In this document: positions 1 to 11,960 of the stretch, in pieces
Layout: each line of letters starts with the position of its first letter
How positions within the stretch are numbered: position 1 is the first letter of the stretch
Made by a program: the position numbers and the translations under genes
Assembly: GCF_030144855.1 (NCBI RefSeq)
Contig: NC_082732.1
Location: forward strand, 23,498,001-23,562,000
DNA: 64,000 bases
Reading direction: 5' to 3'
DNA from: Hypanus sabinus
Taxonomy: Eukaryota
The notes under the pieces: generated by a model
What the model was told of the DNA's origin: nothing
Database searches by the model: none
The model's input: the letters and a program-made list of their open reading frames with translations, nothing else

Positions 1-3000
1 TTGTATTTTGTGTTAACTTATAAAAGTCACTCTTCAACTTCTTTTTTCCTTCATTTTAATTACATACAGCATTGACTGTAGGCTTAGATATATATCTTTT
101 CAGAAGCCTCATTATCAAATGAATGAATGAAATGACTTGTGGATTCAAAGTACATTTATTATCAAAGAATGTAAGCAGTATACAACGCTAAGATTCATCT
201 TCCCACAGACGCCCATGAAACAAAGGAAACCAGGGAATCAGTTTAAAGAAAAATATCAAAGCCCCACTGCGCAAAAAAAAGAACAAATCAGCAAACGGCA
301 AAAGATATATTTAAGGCAGTTTATAGGAAGGAGAGTGGGGCTAAGAAGGAAAATAAATCAGTCATGATCAGATGGGAAAACAGACTTGATGGACCAAAAG
401 GCCTAATTCTGATCCAATGTTTTATGGTCTGAACTTTAAAGGGCTGATAGGTTAATTGCTGATTGTAAAGTGCTCCAATTGTGCAAGATGAGTGGTGGGG
501 AAAGGAAGCTCATGGGAATGAGAGGAGACGAGAATGGGTTAGGAAATGATAAGTGTAACAATGAGTTATGGTTGACACTGACTCGCTGAGCTGAAGGGCC
601 TGTTTCTATGTATTGCTATCTATAACTGTCTTTTAGCATCCTTACATTCAACCCAGCCTATTACACAGATGACATTCATGACCAGAAACCAGAGGAATCA
701 TTTCTTCAAAGGAATTTCTGATTGCAACTTGAAGCTATCCCAAAGCTTTACAAGCAACAAATTAAAAGAGTTTTGATCGACTGTCTTTGTTCCTCTGAAT
801 TTTTACTTACTGGGGTTATTTAGAAGGCTTAGATCCCTTTTAAATTAGCACACAACAGTTTAAAAAAAAACTTATTGCAACCCTTCTGAGTATATAGGTT
901 TGTGTTTGATCAGCAAAACATTGTGGGTCGAAGGGCCTTTACTGTGCTGTAGTGTTCTATGTTCTAGTATTTTAATGTTCTAAAATGAACAACTAGATAT
1001 GAATAACATCAACATCAGTCATAGATAAAGTGGGTGAAAAATTCCCTCAAGCTTTTACCACCATTCAATAGATTTTAACCAATCAGCTCCTTAGCTTATT
1101 TACCTACTCATTCATCGAAAGGCTAACTTAACAGTAGTCTAAACCTTCAGAACATTTCTTTTGATGGCATAGCAAGGTGGGAGGGGAAGCAAAATACTAC
1201 GCTAAACTTCCAGTGCCTTTTGTGGGAATAAAATTTCCTGACTTCATCCTTAAATATCCAAGCTCTAATTTTAAGATTGTTCCTTCTTGTTCTGCATTCC
1301 TCTACCACTGTATCAGCTCCATTTTAACGTTTTAAATATGGGAGTCAGGTTAACTCTCAACGTTCGAAGCTCAAGGGAACAGTAAGTTTCTACAAAATAT
1401 TTCCATTTAAATCCTGGCATATTTCTGGCAAATCTGTAATGTATTCTTTTCAAAGCCAATTAGAGCTTTCTGAGCTCCAACCAAGGTATTCTAGAACCGT
1501 AGAATTGTATCCTCATTTCTAAATTCCAATCTCTTTAAAATGAAGCGTAACATTCCTATACCCTTTTAGTTATTTCACAACTAGAGATAGAACAGTGTGA
1601 TGTAACAGAATATACTATGAAATGTCAAATATTTTGATATATAATGCGGTGTTATTCCTCTCCACGCCTTGTGGGGCATCGGGTGACAACTTGCCGTTTC
1701 TTTAACATTCCTCAGTCTTTTTTTTTAAACAAGGCCAAGTTGTTAGCATGACGCTCAACCCAGCACAGATGAAAAGCGTGCAAGGAGCAGGCTGGATTCA
1801 AACTTGGGTGCTGATGCCATTACACCACTGGCCAGCCACAATACACAGTACAGGCCATTTATTTCACGACTTACACTAAGCAAAATCTGGAGTCAGAAGG
1901 AAACCTAGAGCAGTCAAAATATCAACTTGGCTTTACCAACCTCCAAAGTGCACTTTGGGAAAACACAATGGAAAATGGCTGAATGTTGTTCATGATTTAG
2001 AATAAAGAACACAGGACAGGGAAAGGCCTGTGCCAAATATGATGCCAATTCAAACTAATCCCATCTGCCTGCTGATGTCTATATCCCTAGGAGTGCATGG
2101 CATAAAAAAGGTTGGGAACCCATGTATTAAATGTTCCTATTATATCTACTGCCACCACTTTCACCTGATCTTTCAAGCACCTACCACTTTCAGAAAGATA
2201 AGGCTTCCCTCATAAATCTACTTTAAACCTTCTCCCCTTGTAAACAAACAATTCACACACCCATTATTATACACTACCATTGTAAAAGCACTGCAAAGTA
2301 CAGTCGCTTCAATAATTACACCTTACAAGGTACAGACTCAGTTCCAACAACAACCCATCAATAGCAATAGCTGACACCTAAATGATACTGTACTGGCTGA
2401 TTCAAATTAATCCTTGCTCCTCTTTTCAAGTCGTCCATACATTTCTTTTAATAACAAAATACAGAGCTGTTTTGTCGAACAACTGAATTGTCATACTTCT
2501 GCTCAATTTACAATTCGTTTGCAATTTTTACAGGATCCAGCTATTTAATGTAAACCACTTGTACAGGACTGATTCCACTTCTTTGCTAAAAATTCATGCA
2601 ATTTAACCATTCACCAAGAATATTTCAGGTTAAATTGGGGGGAAAAAATCCTCGCCATCTTTAAAAGTTCAAAGCAAATTTATCAAAATACATACATGTT
2701 TCTATTTACTACCTTGAGATGTTTTGCAGATATTTACAGGAAAAGGAACAGAATTTTATAAAAATATTTATTATTCAGAAATAAAGACCTAACATCTCAT
2801 CACCACCACTTGACAATTTCTCACTGTTAATCTCACTGTACATACAAGACTTTATATACTGTACATACTTCTTTACATTATGGGTACAATTTGTTCACTG
2901 TTATTCATTATTAACGTTTTGAGATTCAGAAATGTGCCATCAAGTTGAATTTACACCCAAAACACTCTCACTTACTCACATTTTAGGGTGCAGGTGCCGT

Positions 3001-3576
3001 TTTACACTTCCCCCTTAACAATAATACGGGATAGATAAGGGTCTTGGAATTAATAAGTTAACCTTACAGGATTTAATGAACTATGTCATCTTTTCTTAAC
3101 CCATATCACAGGATATACTGATATTGCCTTCTTTAATGCAATAGCCAGTGGTTCTAAGTTCAGCTCTATGTCTCGATAATAGGGATAAAGTGGATCTCAA
3201 TAAAGGTGAACTTTGAAGGGTTTGCATCTGACCCTGGACCCAGGCCCTACATGGCTGCCACTGGCATGTGGCCAACTCCACTAACTGGGCTCGGAGGCTT
3301 TCCAGTACAAAGGGCCAGATACCGGCCCAGAGCAGCCACAACCCGCAGCGAGCAACCTGCTGAACATCCCTGTTCAGAGCTGGCTGCGCAGACGTTGCTT
3401 CATCCTTGCCGGACGCACAGCCCGAAGTGGGCACTACACTGCCCGCAGCCCCGGGAGAGGAGAGGGACTGCTGGCACTCATTCCCTGGCTGAGATTTACC
3501 CAAGCCCTGGGGCTCCGGCCTCCCACTACCTCCCTCTCCTCCACCACCCCCCCCCCCAAACAACAGACACACTCAC

Positions 3577-3850
3577 CGGCCGAGCTCGCTACCCCTCCCC
3601 CTGGCGCCGGCTGTTGTGCGCGCTAAGGGTCGCCGCTTCCGATAGATGCCGTGCCCCTCCGGCGCTTCCGTGTTTCCGCCGCTGGCCTCCCGGCGACTCC
3701 CGCTCTCACTCCCCGAGATCCGCCATCTTCCGCCAGAAGCAGCAGCGCCGCGGCGGCGCGCACGCAGCGGAGGGCGTCACAGCCGCGCGCCCACGTACCC
3801 CACCTGGCGGCCGCGTCACGCAGCGCTGGGAGCGAGCCTTGCCAACTCGC
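3577..3850 (-). promoter_or_regulatory. CpG-island promoter and apparently non-coding first exon of an unidentified gene extending leftwards
   Basis: GC/CpG-rich island; strong donor CCG|GTGAGT at 3577/3576; YY1 motif CCGCCATCTT 3720-3729; several ETS cores (CGGAAG); two GCGTCAC half-CRE sites. The upstream boundary is approximate. Confidence 0.65.
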
Positions 3851-4629
3851 CGCAAGAGCCGCTCCTCTCCAGTGACCCGCTGTCACATCCCATTAACTCC
3901 ACATTACTCCGTTGTCATCACTCGAGTTACTCTTACTCAAGCTGTGTGATCTTTCATATACTTTGTTCATTAAGTGCTGAAGGCTCTTTCAGCGATTTGA
4001 TCGCTGCTGTATATAAAAAAAATCATGGAAATCTGAAACAAAAACTAAAAAATGATGGAACCTGCAGAGAGAAAGAAATTTAACAGGGCAATGTGAAAAG
4101 AGAAACACTGGCAATAAAAGGGGTTTAAGAGTCAGAGAAAGACAAAGGATCAATGATGCAAAGACGTCTGATGTTAAATGACAAAAGATCTAGGTGCAAG
4201 AAAAGATGGTTTGTAGATGGGGTTGGGGCACCAAACCCATCTTAAATTAGCTGAGATGTGTAAATTGAACGCTGGAAATCTGAAATAACTTGTGTTGGAA
4301 CTGCTGACTAAATGGAATCAGTTAAGTCCAAAAGTCTGATGTTGGAAGAAAAAATCGAGCCTTATGCCAAACTCAGTTTGGTATGATGTAGATCTCGGGG
4401 GGGGGGGGGAGGGTCCTTTTAGAATGGCAGAAGGGTTAAGGGGATGAAAGCTGGATTGCTAGGTACTTGCAATCTGAAAACACGTTTCTCTCTTACACAG
4501 TCAGTCGTAACTTGGGCCCGTCAACATTTGGCAGAGAGAAAACATAACAAGTGTGGTCACAGCTCCGGTCCTCAAGTTTATTTTGTTGTTGAAGACTGTG
4601 ATAACTGATTTGCACAAGAAATAGGGAGA

Positions 4630-4744
4630 TCATAATCAGATTTAATATCAGAATCAATAATATTATCGGCATATGCCTTGAATTTTATTTTGTGGCAGTG
4701 TTAGTGTAATAAATAATCTTTAAAACTATAAGATACAATCATTG

Positions 4745-4785
<41 letters not shown>

Positions 4786-5200
4786 GGTAGATAGATATAG
4801 ATGTATATAATTAAATTAAATAAGTAGTGTGAAAATAGTGGGGTAAATTGTGAGGTAATGTTCTTGGGTTCGTTGACCATTCAGAAATCTGATGAAGTGG
4901 AAGCAGTTCCGAAAACGCTGATGATACTAATGAGAAAAGGGCAAGTTTTGGGTATTAGGGTGCTTAATGATGAATGCTGCCTTTTAGAGGCATCGCCTTT
5001 CCAATGCTGACGAGGCTAGTGCCCGAGATAGAGCTGGCTAAGTTTACGAACCTCCGCAGCACTTCCCGATCCTGCGCAGTGGCCCCCTCACGCTAGACAA
5101 TGACGCAACCATCTGGAAAGCTCTCCACAGTACATCTGGAGAAATTTGCTAGTCTTTGGTGACATACCAAATCTCCTGAAAGCTCTAATGAAATATAACC
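4630..5200 (-). mobile_element. Decayed Rex1/Babar-like LINE 3' end containing a (CT)n(AT)n microsatellite
   Basis: Same 3' sequence as 30785-30935 (AGATTTAATATCA...CCATTCAGAA); microsatellite at ~4745-4785. Confidence 0.65.
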
Positions 5201-6859
5201 ATTGAAGGGCAGCACTTGAATCAAATCCATTCATTTTCAGTCTATGAAGGTCTTGATCCTAAACATCAACTTTCCACTTCCCTCCATAGATACTACCTGA
5301 CTCACGGACTTCCTCCAGCACCTCGTGTATTCTGGTGTTTGCAATCTTTTGTGTCTTACATTTATGTAAGTTATTTAATATTAATACACTTGTTTGTTTT
5401 CGCACGTCACTTCCAATCTAGGTGTGGAAAATGAACCACCATATACTTTCTATTTTACGGGGCTCTTCCTGGATGATGCCTTAACCAGAAAGAAATTGGG
5501 ATCCAACCTTTTGGCCCGTTCAAGTGAATGCAAGGAATCTAAATGAATGATTGTGAAAAAGAATTGCTGGAATGCAGATTCCAGGGTATCAGATAGCCTG
5601 TGGTGGTTCATGCAAATCCATAGTGAGATGGTGTGTCAAGACTTATGACGAAGATCATCTTTTTTTGACCTCCACACTTCCTAACATACACTGAAAACGA
5701 GCAGCTGCTTTCTTGAAGCTGGCTGCCTGAAATTTTGCCTAAATTGTGATCAACAAACTGAGCAGAGACTGGTGATTGAACCTGGAACCCACTTTACTGA
5801 TCCTCGCCCTGGAGAGCTGCCAGCCTAGTTGTGACTGAGTATGGACTATTGAATAGTATATGAAGGATAGCTCCAAAAACATCCCTATCCTCAGAAACAG
5901 CAAGGATTATCATGTAAGTGGCAGAAGGGAGGCTGAAACAGCGGCAACTATGTCCAGCCACGTGATCTATATCAGCTCCGTCCTGATATTACCACCATCA
6001 TAGACTGCAGCCAATCCAATTCCACCCCAATGATTTCAAGAAATGACGGAGCGGAGCACTAGATGCCCCAAAAGGTATGAAACACCTGACCTCTGGAACG
6101 AAGATCTGTGCTCTTGAACCTGCTGGTACCTAGCCAAGCTGTTCCAGTAGTTCCAACACTGGCACCCAACTAATAAAGTGAAACACACACAAGATGCTGG
6201 TGGAACGCAGCAGGCCAGGGAGAAGCACTGTCAATGTTTCGGGCCCTTCGTCTCTGCCCAAAACGTTGACAGTGCTTCTCCCTATAGATGCTGCCAGGCC
6301 TGCTGCGTTCCACCAGCATTTTGTGTGTGTGTTGCTTGAATTTCCAGCATCTGCAGTTCCCTTCGTGTTTGCTTTAATAACATGAAAGATTATTTGGGCC
6401 TTGCTCACAAGAAGTACAATTTCTCAGCAAGGCCAAGACTGTTTATACATAGGCTGATACGAGAAGTAATATTTGCACCATAAATATGTCAGATATTGGC
6501 CACTTTTAAGAGGTCTAGCCACCTGCACATTCAATCACACGATTATTAGCAATTCTCAGCATCCTGGGTATCACCCATGACCCAAAACTCAACCGGACAA
6601 GCTACAGAATACTGCGGCCATAACAGCAGGCAAGAAGCTGGGTATCCTACAGCGAGTAACTCTATTCCTCATAAGTCTGATGAATTACTCTCCCCCTTCA
6701 CCCGAGTGAGCGTAGCTACAACAATTCTCAAGTTCAACATCATCCAGAACAAGGCAGCACACTTACCTGACATCCCATCAACCACCCTCAAGTATTAATT
6801 CCTTTCCCCACTTGGTACAGAGATTGTGTTGTGTACCATTTATGAAGCTCTCTGACAAA

Positions 6860-7400
6860 CCAATTCTGGAGTATTGCATGCAGTTCTGGTAGCCCCACTC
6901 TAGGAAGGATGTTGAGGCTTTGGGAGAGGTTGCAGAAGAGGTTTAGAAGGCATGTGCTATCATGAGAGGGAGGCTGGACAAACATGGGTTGTTTTGTCTG
7001 GGGTGGAGGAGGCTGAGAGGAGATCTGAGATCTGATCAGAGTCTTGTAAGATCATGAGAGGCACAGATAGACAGGGCGCATCTTTTTCCCAGATTGGAAT
7101 TGTCCCATACCAGAGAACATGCCTTGAAGGTGAGAGGGGGTAGGTTCAAAGGGGATGTGAGGGGTTGTCAGATGCCTGGAATGCGCTGCCTTGATATGGT
7201 AACAGGCAAAGACATTAGAGGCTTTTAAGAGACATTTAGATAAGCACATGAATGTGAGGTAGATGGAGGGATATGGACATGGTGTAGGTAGGAGGGATTC
7301 GTTTTTTTTTTGGAGTTTTTAAAAAATTGCTTTTTAGCTGGTTTGAAACAACTTTGTGGGCTGAAGGGCCTGTTCCTGTGCTGTACTGTTCTACATTCTA
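6860..7400 (+). mobile_element. CR1-clade LINE 3' fragment nested in an older LINE remnant (~6540-7630)
   Basis: CTGGAGTATTGCATGCAGTTCTGG...GGGCTGAAGGGCCTGTT...TTCTA tail; same family as 23110-23823. Confidence 0.8.
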
Positions 7401-7688
7401 ACACATCTCAAGCATGTGACCTACACCATCAAGGAGGACAAGGGAACAAGTATATGGGAACATCACCAACTGCAGGTTGCATACAATTCTGACTTGAAGG
7501 TATATCATCTGCCTTTCATCAGTGCTAGACTGAAAGTCTGGAAACTGATATCCAACAGTACCTGTCTACACCTGTCGAGAACCTAGACTGCACCAGCTCT
7601 CAAAAGAGAACATCACCAATGGGAGTAACTTGTTAATAAGTTCCACTTATACAGGTCAACATGTGAAGAATGCAAATGACAAAAGAAG

Positions 7689-7694
7689 TTTATT
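7689..7694 (-). terminator. Candidate polyadenylation signal (AATAAA) of DDI2/RSC1A1
   Basis: TTTATT on + strand at the end of a repeat-free ~1-kb 3' UTR; alternatives at 7952 and 8686. Confidence 0.5.
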
Positions 7695-8720
7695 TTAATA
7701 TTTTTTTTAAAAAGAAAACATTATACTGCAGACAGCTGAACAGCTTCAGACATTTACAGTACATGCCCAGCATGGAATAAAGATCGTCTTCTTGCACTGT
7801 TGCTAATGGCTTAACTATTAGTATTGGCACATGAGCTGAAATCAGCTTTCAGAGGTAAGAAACAGCAGTTCAAATTTCTAGCCTTTATCACATATCTTCA
7901 TAAGTATGATCATCAGTACACACAAACCAATATTGTTGGCAATAGTTTTGTTTTATTTGGTTTAAAAAAAAGATTAGAGATTGCAATAAGCACCCATTGA
8001 AGATTACAGCAACATCACTAGTGGCGCTTAACAAAAAAATCCAAAATATAACTTCAGCCAAGTGTGAATACTGAATATGCCTCAGTTACACAAGACCAGT
8101 GTCCAGCAAAGGTGGTGTTGCTGACTCAGATTTGATAAAGGCTATAAAAGAGTAAAAGAATTCTAAAAAACTCTGTACTCAGAAGGCAAAGTACATTGAA
8201 CTTCTATGGAGGAAACATGATAGAATTTTTTTACTTCTCCCTATACTTAAATCAAACACCAAAACTCAAATCTAATGTAGGCATTTTCTGACCTTGCACA
8301 GAGTTTAAAATCTAACATGATTCCACCATGAATCTTGTGCATATATCATCTCCCAAGGATTTAAGCCCACCACTCTTGCTGCTGCAAACCATCTTTGAGA
8401 ATATTCAGTGAAAAATATCATCGGCATTTTTAATTCTAAGTAGCATTAGGTACAATATTTAACTAGGTGTGTTGTTTGGGTTTATGGGTACCTGTGGAGT
8501 GGATTAGTAACTCCAGGATGGCACAGAAAATGCTGCCGTAATGTAACAACTTTGCTGTATGTGATGATAATCAATCGTTAAAACCAGTTACACCCAATAC
8601 TAAAAAAGTGAACTCTGATTTAAACTTCCTTTCTTTCAATTAAAGATGCACACATTTGTCAGCCCAGATGTCTAAACAGTACCAGTTTATTATTGTGCAA
8701 CTGTAATATATTGAACTACT

Positions 8721-10663
8721 TCACGTAGGAACCACAATTCCTCTTGCGAGAAGAACCAGAAGAGCCAAATCTGTGTTTCCATGACAACGTTCAAGAGCTT
8801 CCACAGCTTCCTGCTGACTAAATCCTGATGTTCTTATTCGTTCGATGTTTGCTGCTGGGAAAAGCTGGTTTGACAAATCTGAAGAGTGTAGTTCAGGACT
8901 ATCCACAGAATGCCTTTCAGGCTGATCCATGGTGGCTTCCACAGTCTCTTCACACATCACTGAAGCACCTGAAACCTCTGCACAACTATCTACACTATGT
9001 GTTACCAAATGTGTCTCAGTACTTTGAGATGTCTGACTAGTTTTAACTACTGCAGTGTCAGATGCATATTCAATACTGTGTAGTGATAATTCTTGGGTCT
9101 CCAGTAATTTGTCACTTGGGGAAACCTCCATTTCATTAGTTAAATGTTTCGACACAAGAATGAAATCCCCATCCATGTCTTTTGTTTCCTGTGTCAAAAT
9201 TTCCTCAGATTCATCATGTGTCATGTGGATGGGTATGTCTCTTTTAGAAGAAATTTCAGATTCAGCTGTCAACTCTGGCTCCTTTTGCATTTCAGGTACC
9301 AGTTCTGCATTAAGACATACCTCATTTAAGGCATCATTCTCTGAGCACTCATTACAGACCTCCATATGCTGAAAGTTTTCTTCCTGATTTGTTGTGACTG
9401 GCTGATTATGTTTGTCTAATTTGGCTGACACCTGCAAGGAAGTTTCCTGACAAGAAGAAACCAATTCACGATGCAATTCGAATAAAGTGGCCACAGGGGA
9501 TAGGTGTGAATCGTTCTGACTGGATTCTGAAGTCTGATGCTGCTGATAGGAAGACACTTCAATCTCAGTAAACAAATGTATCTCTTCTTGCTTTTTACCA
9601 ACATCAAAAACAACTTCAGACCGTTCTCCTGTGTCATCATTTGTAAACTCAGCAGGTCTATCCACCTCAAGTGGACAGAAGTTTGGACAGTTTTTTTCAA
9701 GTTCCTTTTCAGAAATAAGGGCTTTCTCATCCTGGTTATGGATGTTTGAATTTGTTGCTGTCACATTCTCTACCTGCTGCTCTGTACAGCACATCATTCC
9801 AGCATCACAAGTCTCACTGTTCCCAATTGAAGCATCATTTGATGGTCTTCCACCAATCTCAGTTTTCTTCTGACAACTACACGGATCATCTATTCTGAGG
9901 TCTATTTCAGATGGTACAGTGATGTGCTGCAGATTGGTATCTGGATCATCAATTTCCTTTCCAATTTCACCGGGCTGCTGCACTTCATTAATATCAGGGG
10001 AGCCGCTAGTTGAGGGTGCTTGGGTTGATCTGTTATCCACAATCATATCAAGCACAGAATCAGTATTTGGTTGTACTGATTGAGAACACTCTTCAGCTTT
10101 TGTTACTAGTGGCTCCACCAAATCCATTTTTTCTTTGTTTAGGTTTTCCAGCTGAGTTTTTACTCTTACACCTTGAAGAGTATGGTCTTCCTGTGCATCA
10201 TACGCTTCCATGCCAGCTGTGTGTGAACTCATGTCTGTCAATATACGTTTTGGCAGAAATTCATTGCCAGCATCTGAACTTGGATGCTTCAGGATATTCT
10301 GTGGACTACCATAAGTGTTTTTGTGTTGTGGTATGTGCTTTTCTCCTAATGATGCCTGAGAAGAAGCAGACAGACTATCTGGAGACAGAGGAGTCAACAG
10401 ATAATCCAACGATTGTAAAGGCTTCTGGTTTTCTGCCTCGGTTTCCAAGCACTCAGGGATCTGAACACTTTTTGCATCTGAAAATTCAAGTTTCATCTGG
10501 TTTTGTGAGGGAAGGCTAGCAGGAACTGATAAAGAGCGGTCCAACTGATTTTGGGGTTGGGGAAGTTGTGATAGGTCACTTGTAATAGGAAGAGGAAGAT
10601 GTAGTTGATGAGGTGCTGGTAATGAAGGGCTCTTCAATGAGGTAGTTTTGCCATTTTCTTTTC
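8721..10663 (-). CDS. RSC1A1: RSC1A1-like terminal exon (acidic disordered region plus C-terminal UBA); also the last exon of DDI2
   Basis: 1.9-kb open frame ending FPAANIERIRTSGFSQQEAVEALERCHGNTDLALLVLLARGIVVPT*, matching the RS1/RSC1A1 C-terminal UBA. Internal LFELHRELVSS and DFILV blocks resemble human RS1. Acceptor TTTTAG|GA at 10663; first in-frame ATG at 10496. Confidence 0.9.
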
Positions 10664-11751
10664 CTAAAACAAACACAGAAAATGGAATCCAGAATTACAA
10701 CTACATATACACCACATCTGAAAACAGCTTACCGCCAAATTTCTCAACATTTCCAATATTATTTCCTGGTGAACTCTTGTTTCTCTACAATGTATATCCA
10801 GTGATGGTTTGCCAAAATTAATGATCAATTTTATGGATTCCTTTAGATAAACCCCAATATAATCCTTTCATAAATAGCTTAATTTTAATCACTATCAAGC
10901 TCATAACTTAAAAATAATGACAACCTACTCTCTTCATTGATCAGGAGAATGTAACAGGGAAGTTCAAAAGCATTTACAAACTCAAGTCACAGTCACTTGA
11001 AGTTGGCAAGCAACTTCACCAAATAGTAGAACAAATGACTCCCTTTTCTTTTTTGCTTCTAAGAAGACTACAAAGGTAGCTGGCAAAGTTAAGGAGAATT
11101 CAGACTAGTTTGTGAATAAGACATAGAAAGGCTAAAAAAGAAAATCAAAACGTTCACTGGAATATATGCAGGTATATTATCAAGAAGCTGAGTTTTAAGG
11201 CTTCCTGATGCTGCTTGCGACAGCTGATGCTGTGGAGATGATGAGGTGAAGAAAAGCTCAAATCTCACTGTCACAGGGAAGAACAACGTAAAATTACAGA
11301 AGCCAGACACCTACCTACAAACTTAAAAAGTGACCTTACAGTAATGCACAGGATATAAAAAGGTAGAAAAGAAACAGGAAAGTAAACAAAAGCAGTAGGA
11401 AAAGAGGGTGCAAGGTCACAGTTATGAAGTACAAATTATAGACCTCTGCTACTATATAGTTTTCTTATCTAATGGTAGAGTTGGCTATAAAGAGTCAACA
11501 GGTGGGATCGTTGAGCTAGTATATGATGGGGCTAGCGAGGCTGAGTACAATGCCACAAATGAATGGAGCACTCTCCGTGACTCCAGCTGAGGGACTAATG
11601 CACACTATCTGAAATGAGACATTAAAAAGAGGCACAGCCTGCTTTTGCAAATGGACATAAAATAATCCATGAATTGCTTAAAAAGGAACAGACGTTCTTC
11701 ACAGTGGCTAGCATATTTCTTTCTAACCAATATGGTACGACTGTCACAAGC

Positions 11752-11960
11752 AAGAGAAAATCTGCAGATGCTGAAAATCCAAACAGCACACACAAAATGC
11801 TGGAGGAACTCAGCAGGCCAGGCAGCATCTATGAAAAAGAGAATAATTGACGTTTCGGGCCAAGACCTGATGAAGGGTCTCACCCCAAAACGTCGATTAT
11901 ACTTTTTTCTACAGATGCTGCCTGGTCCCCTGATTTCCTCCAGCATTTTGTGTGTGTTGC
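11752..11960. repeat. Palindromic Penelope-derived short repeat (other copies ~5240, 6180-6370, 12554-12740, 26896-27000, 46530-46670, 49479-49555, 51740-51815, 63770-63860)
   Basis: CACACAAAATGCTGGAGGAACTCAGCAGGCCAGGCAGCATCTA and its reverse complement; same sequence as the terminus of the element at 44460-44570. Confidence 0.8.

Noticed and set aside
3096-4083. Overlapping ORFs of 74-247 aa on both strands
   Set aside because: GC-rich CpG island depleted of stop codons; low-complexity Arg/Pro/Ala translations with no recognisable domain.
8828-10519. Several plus-strand ORFs opposite the RSC1A1 exon
   Set aside because: Antisense shadows of the real coding frame.
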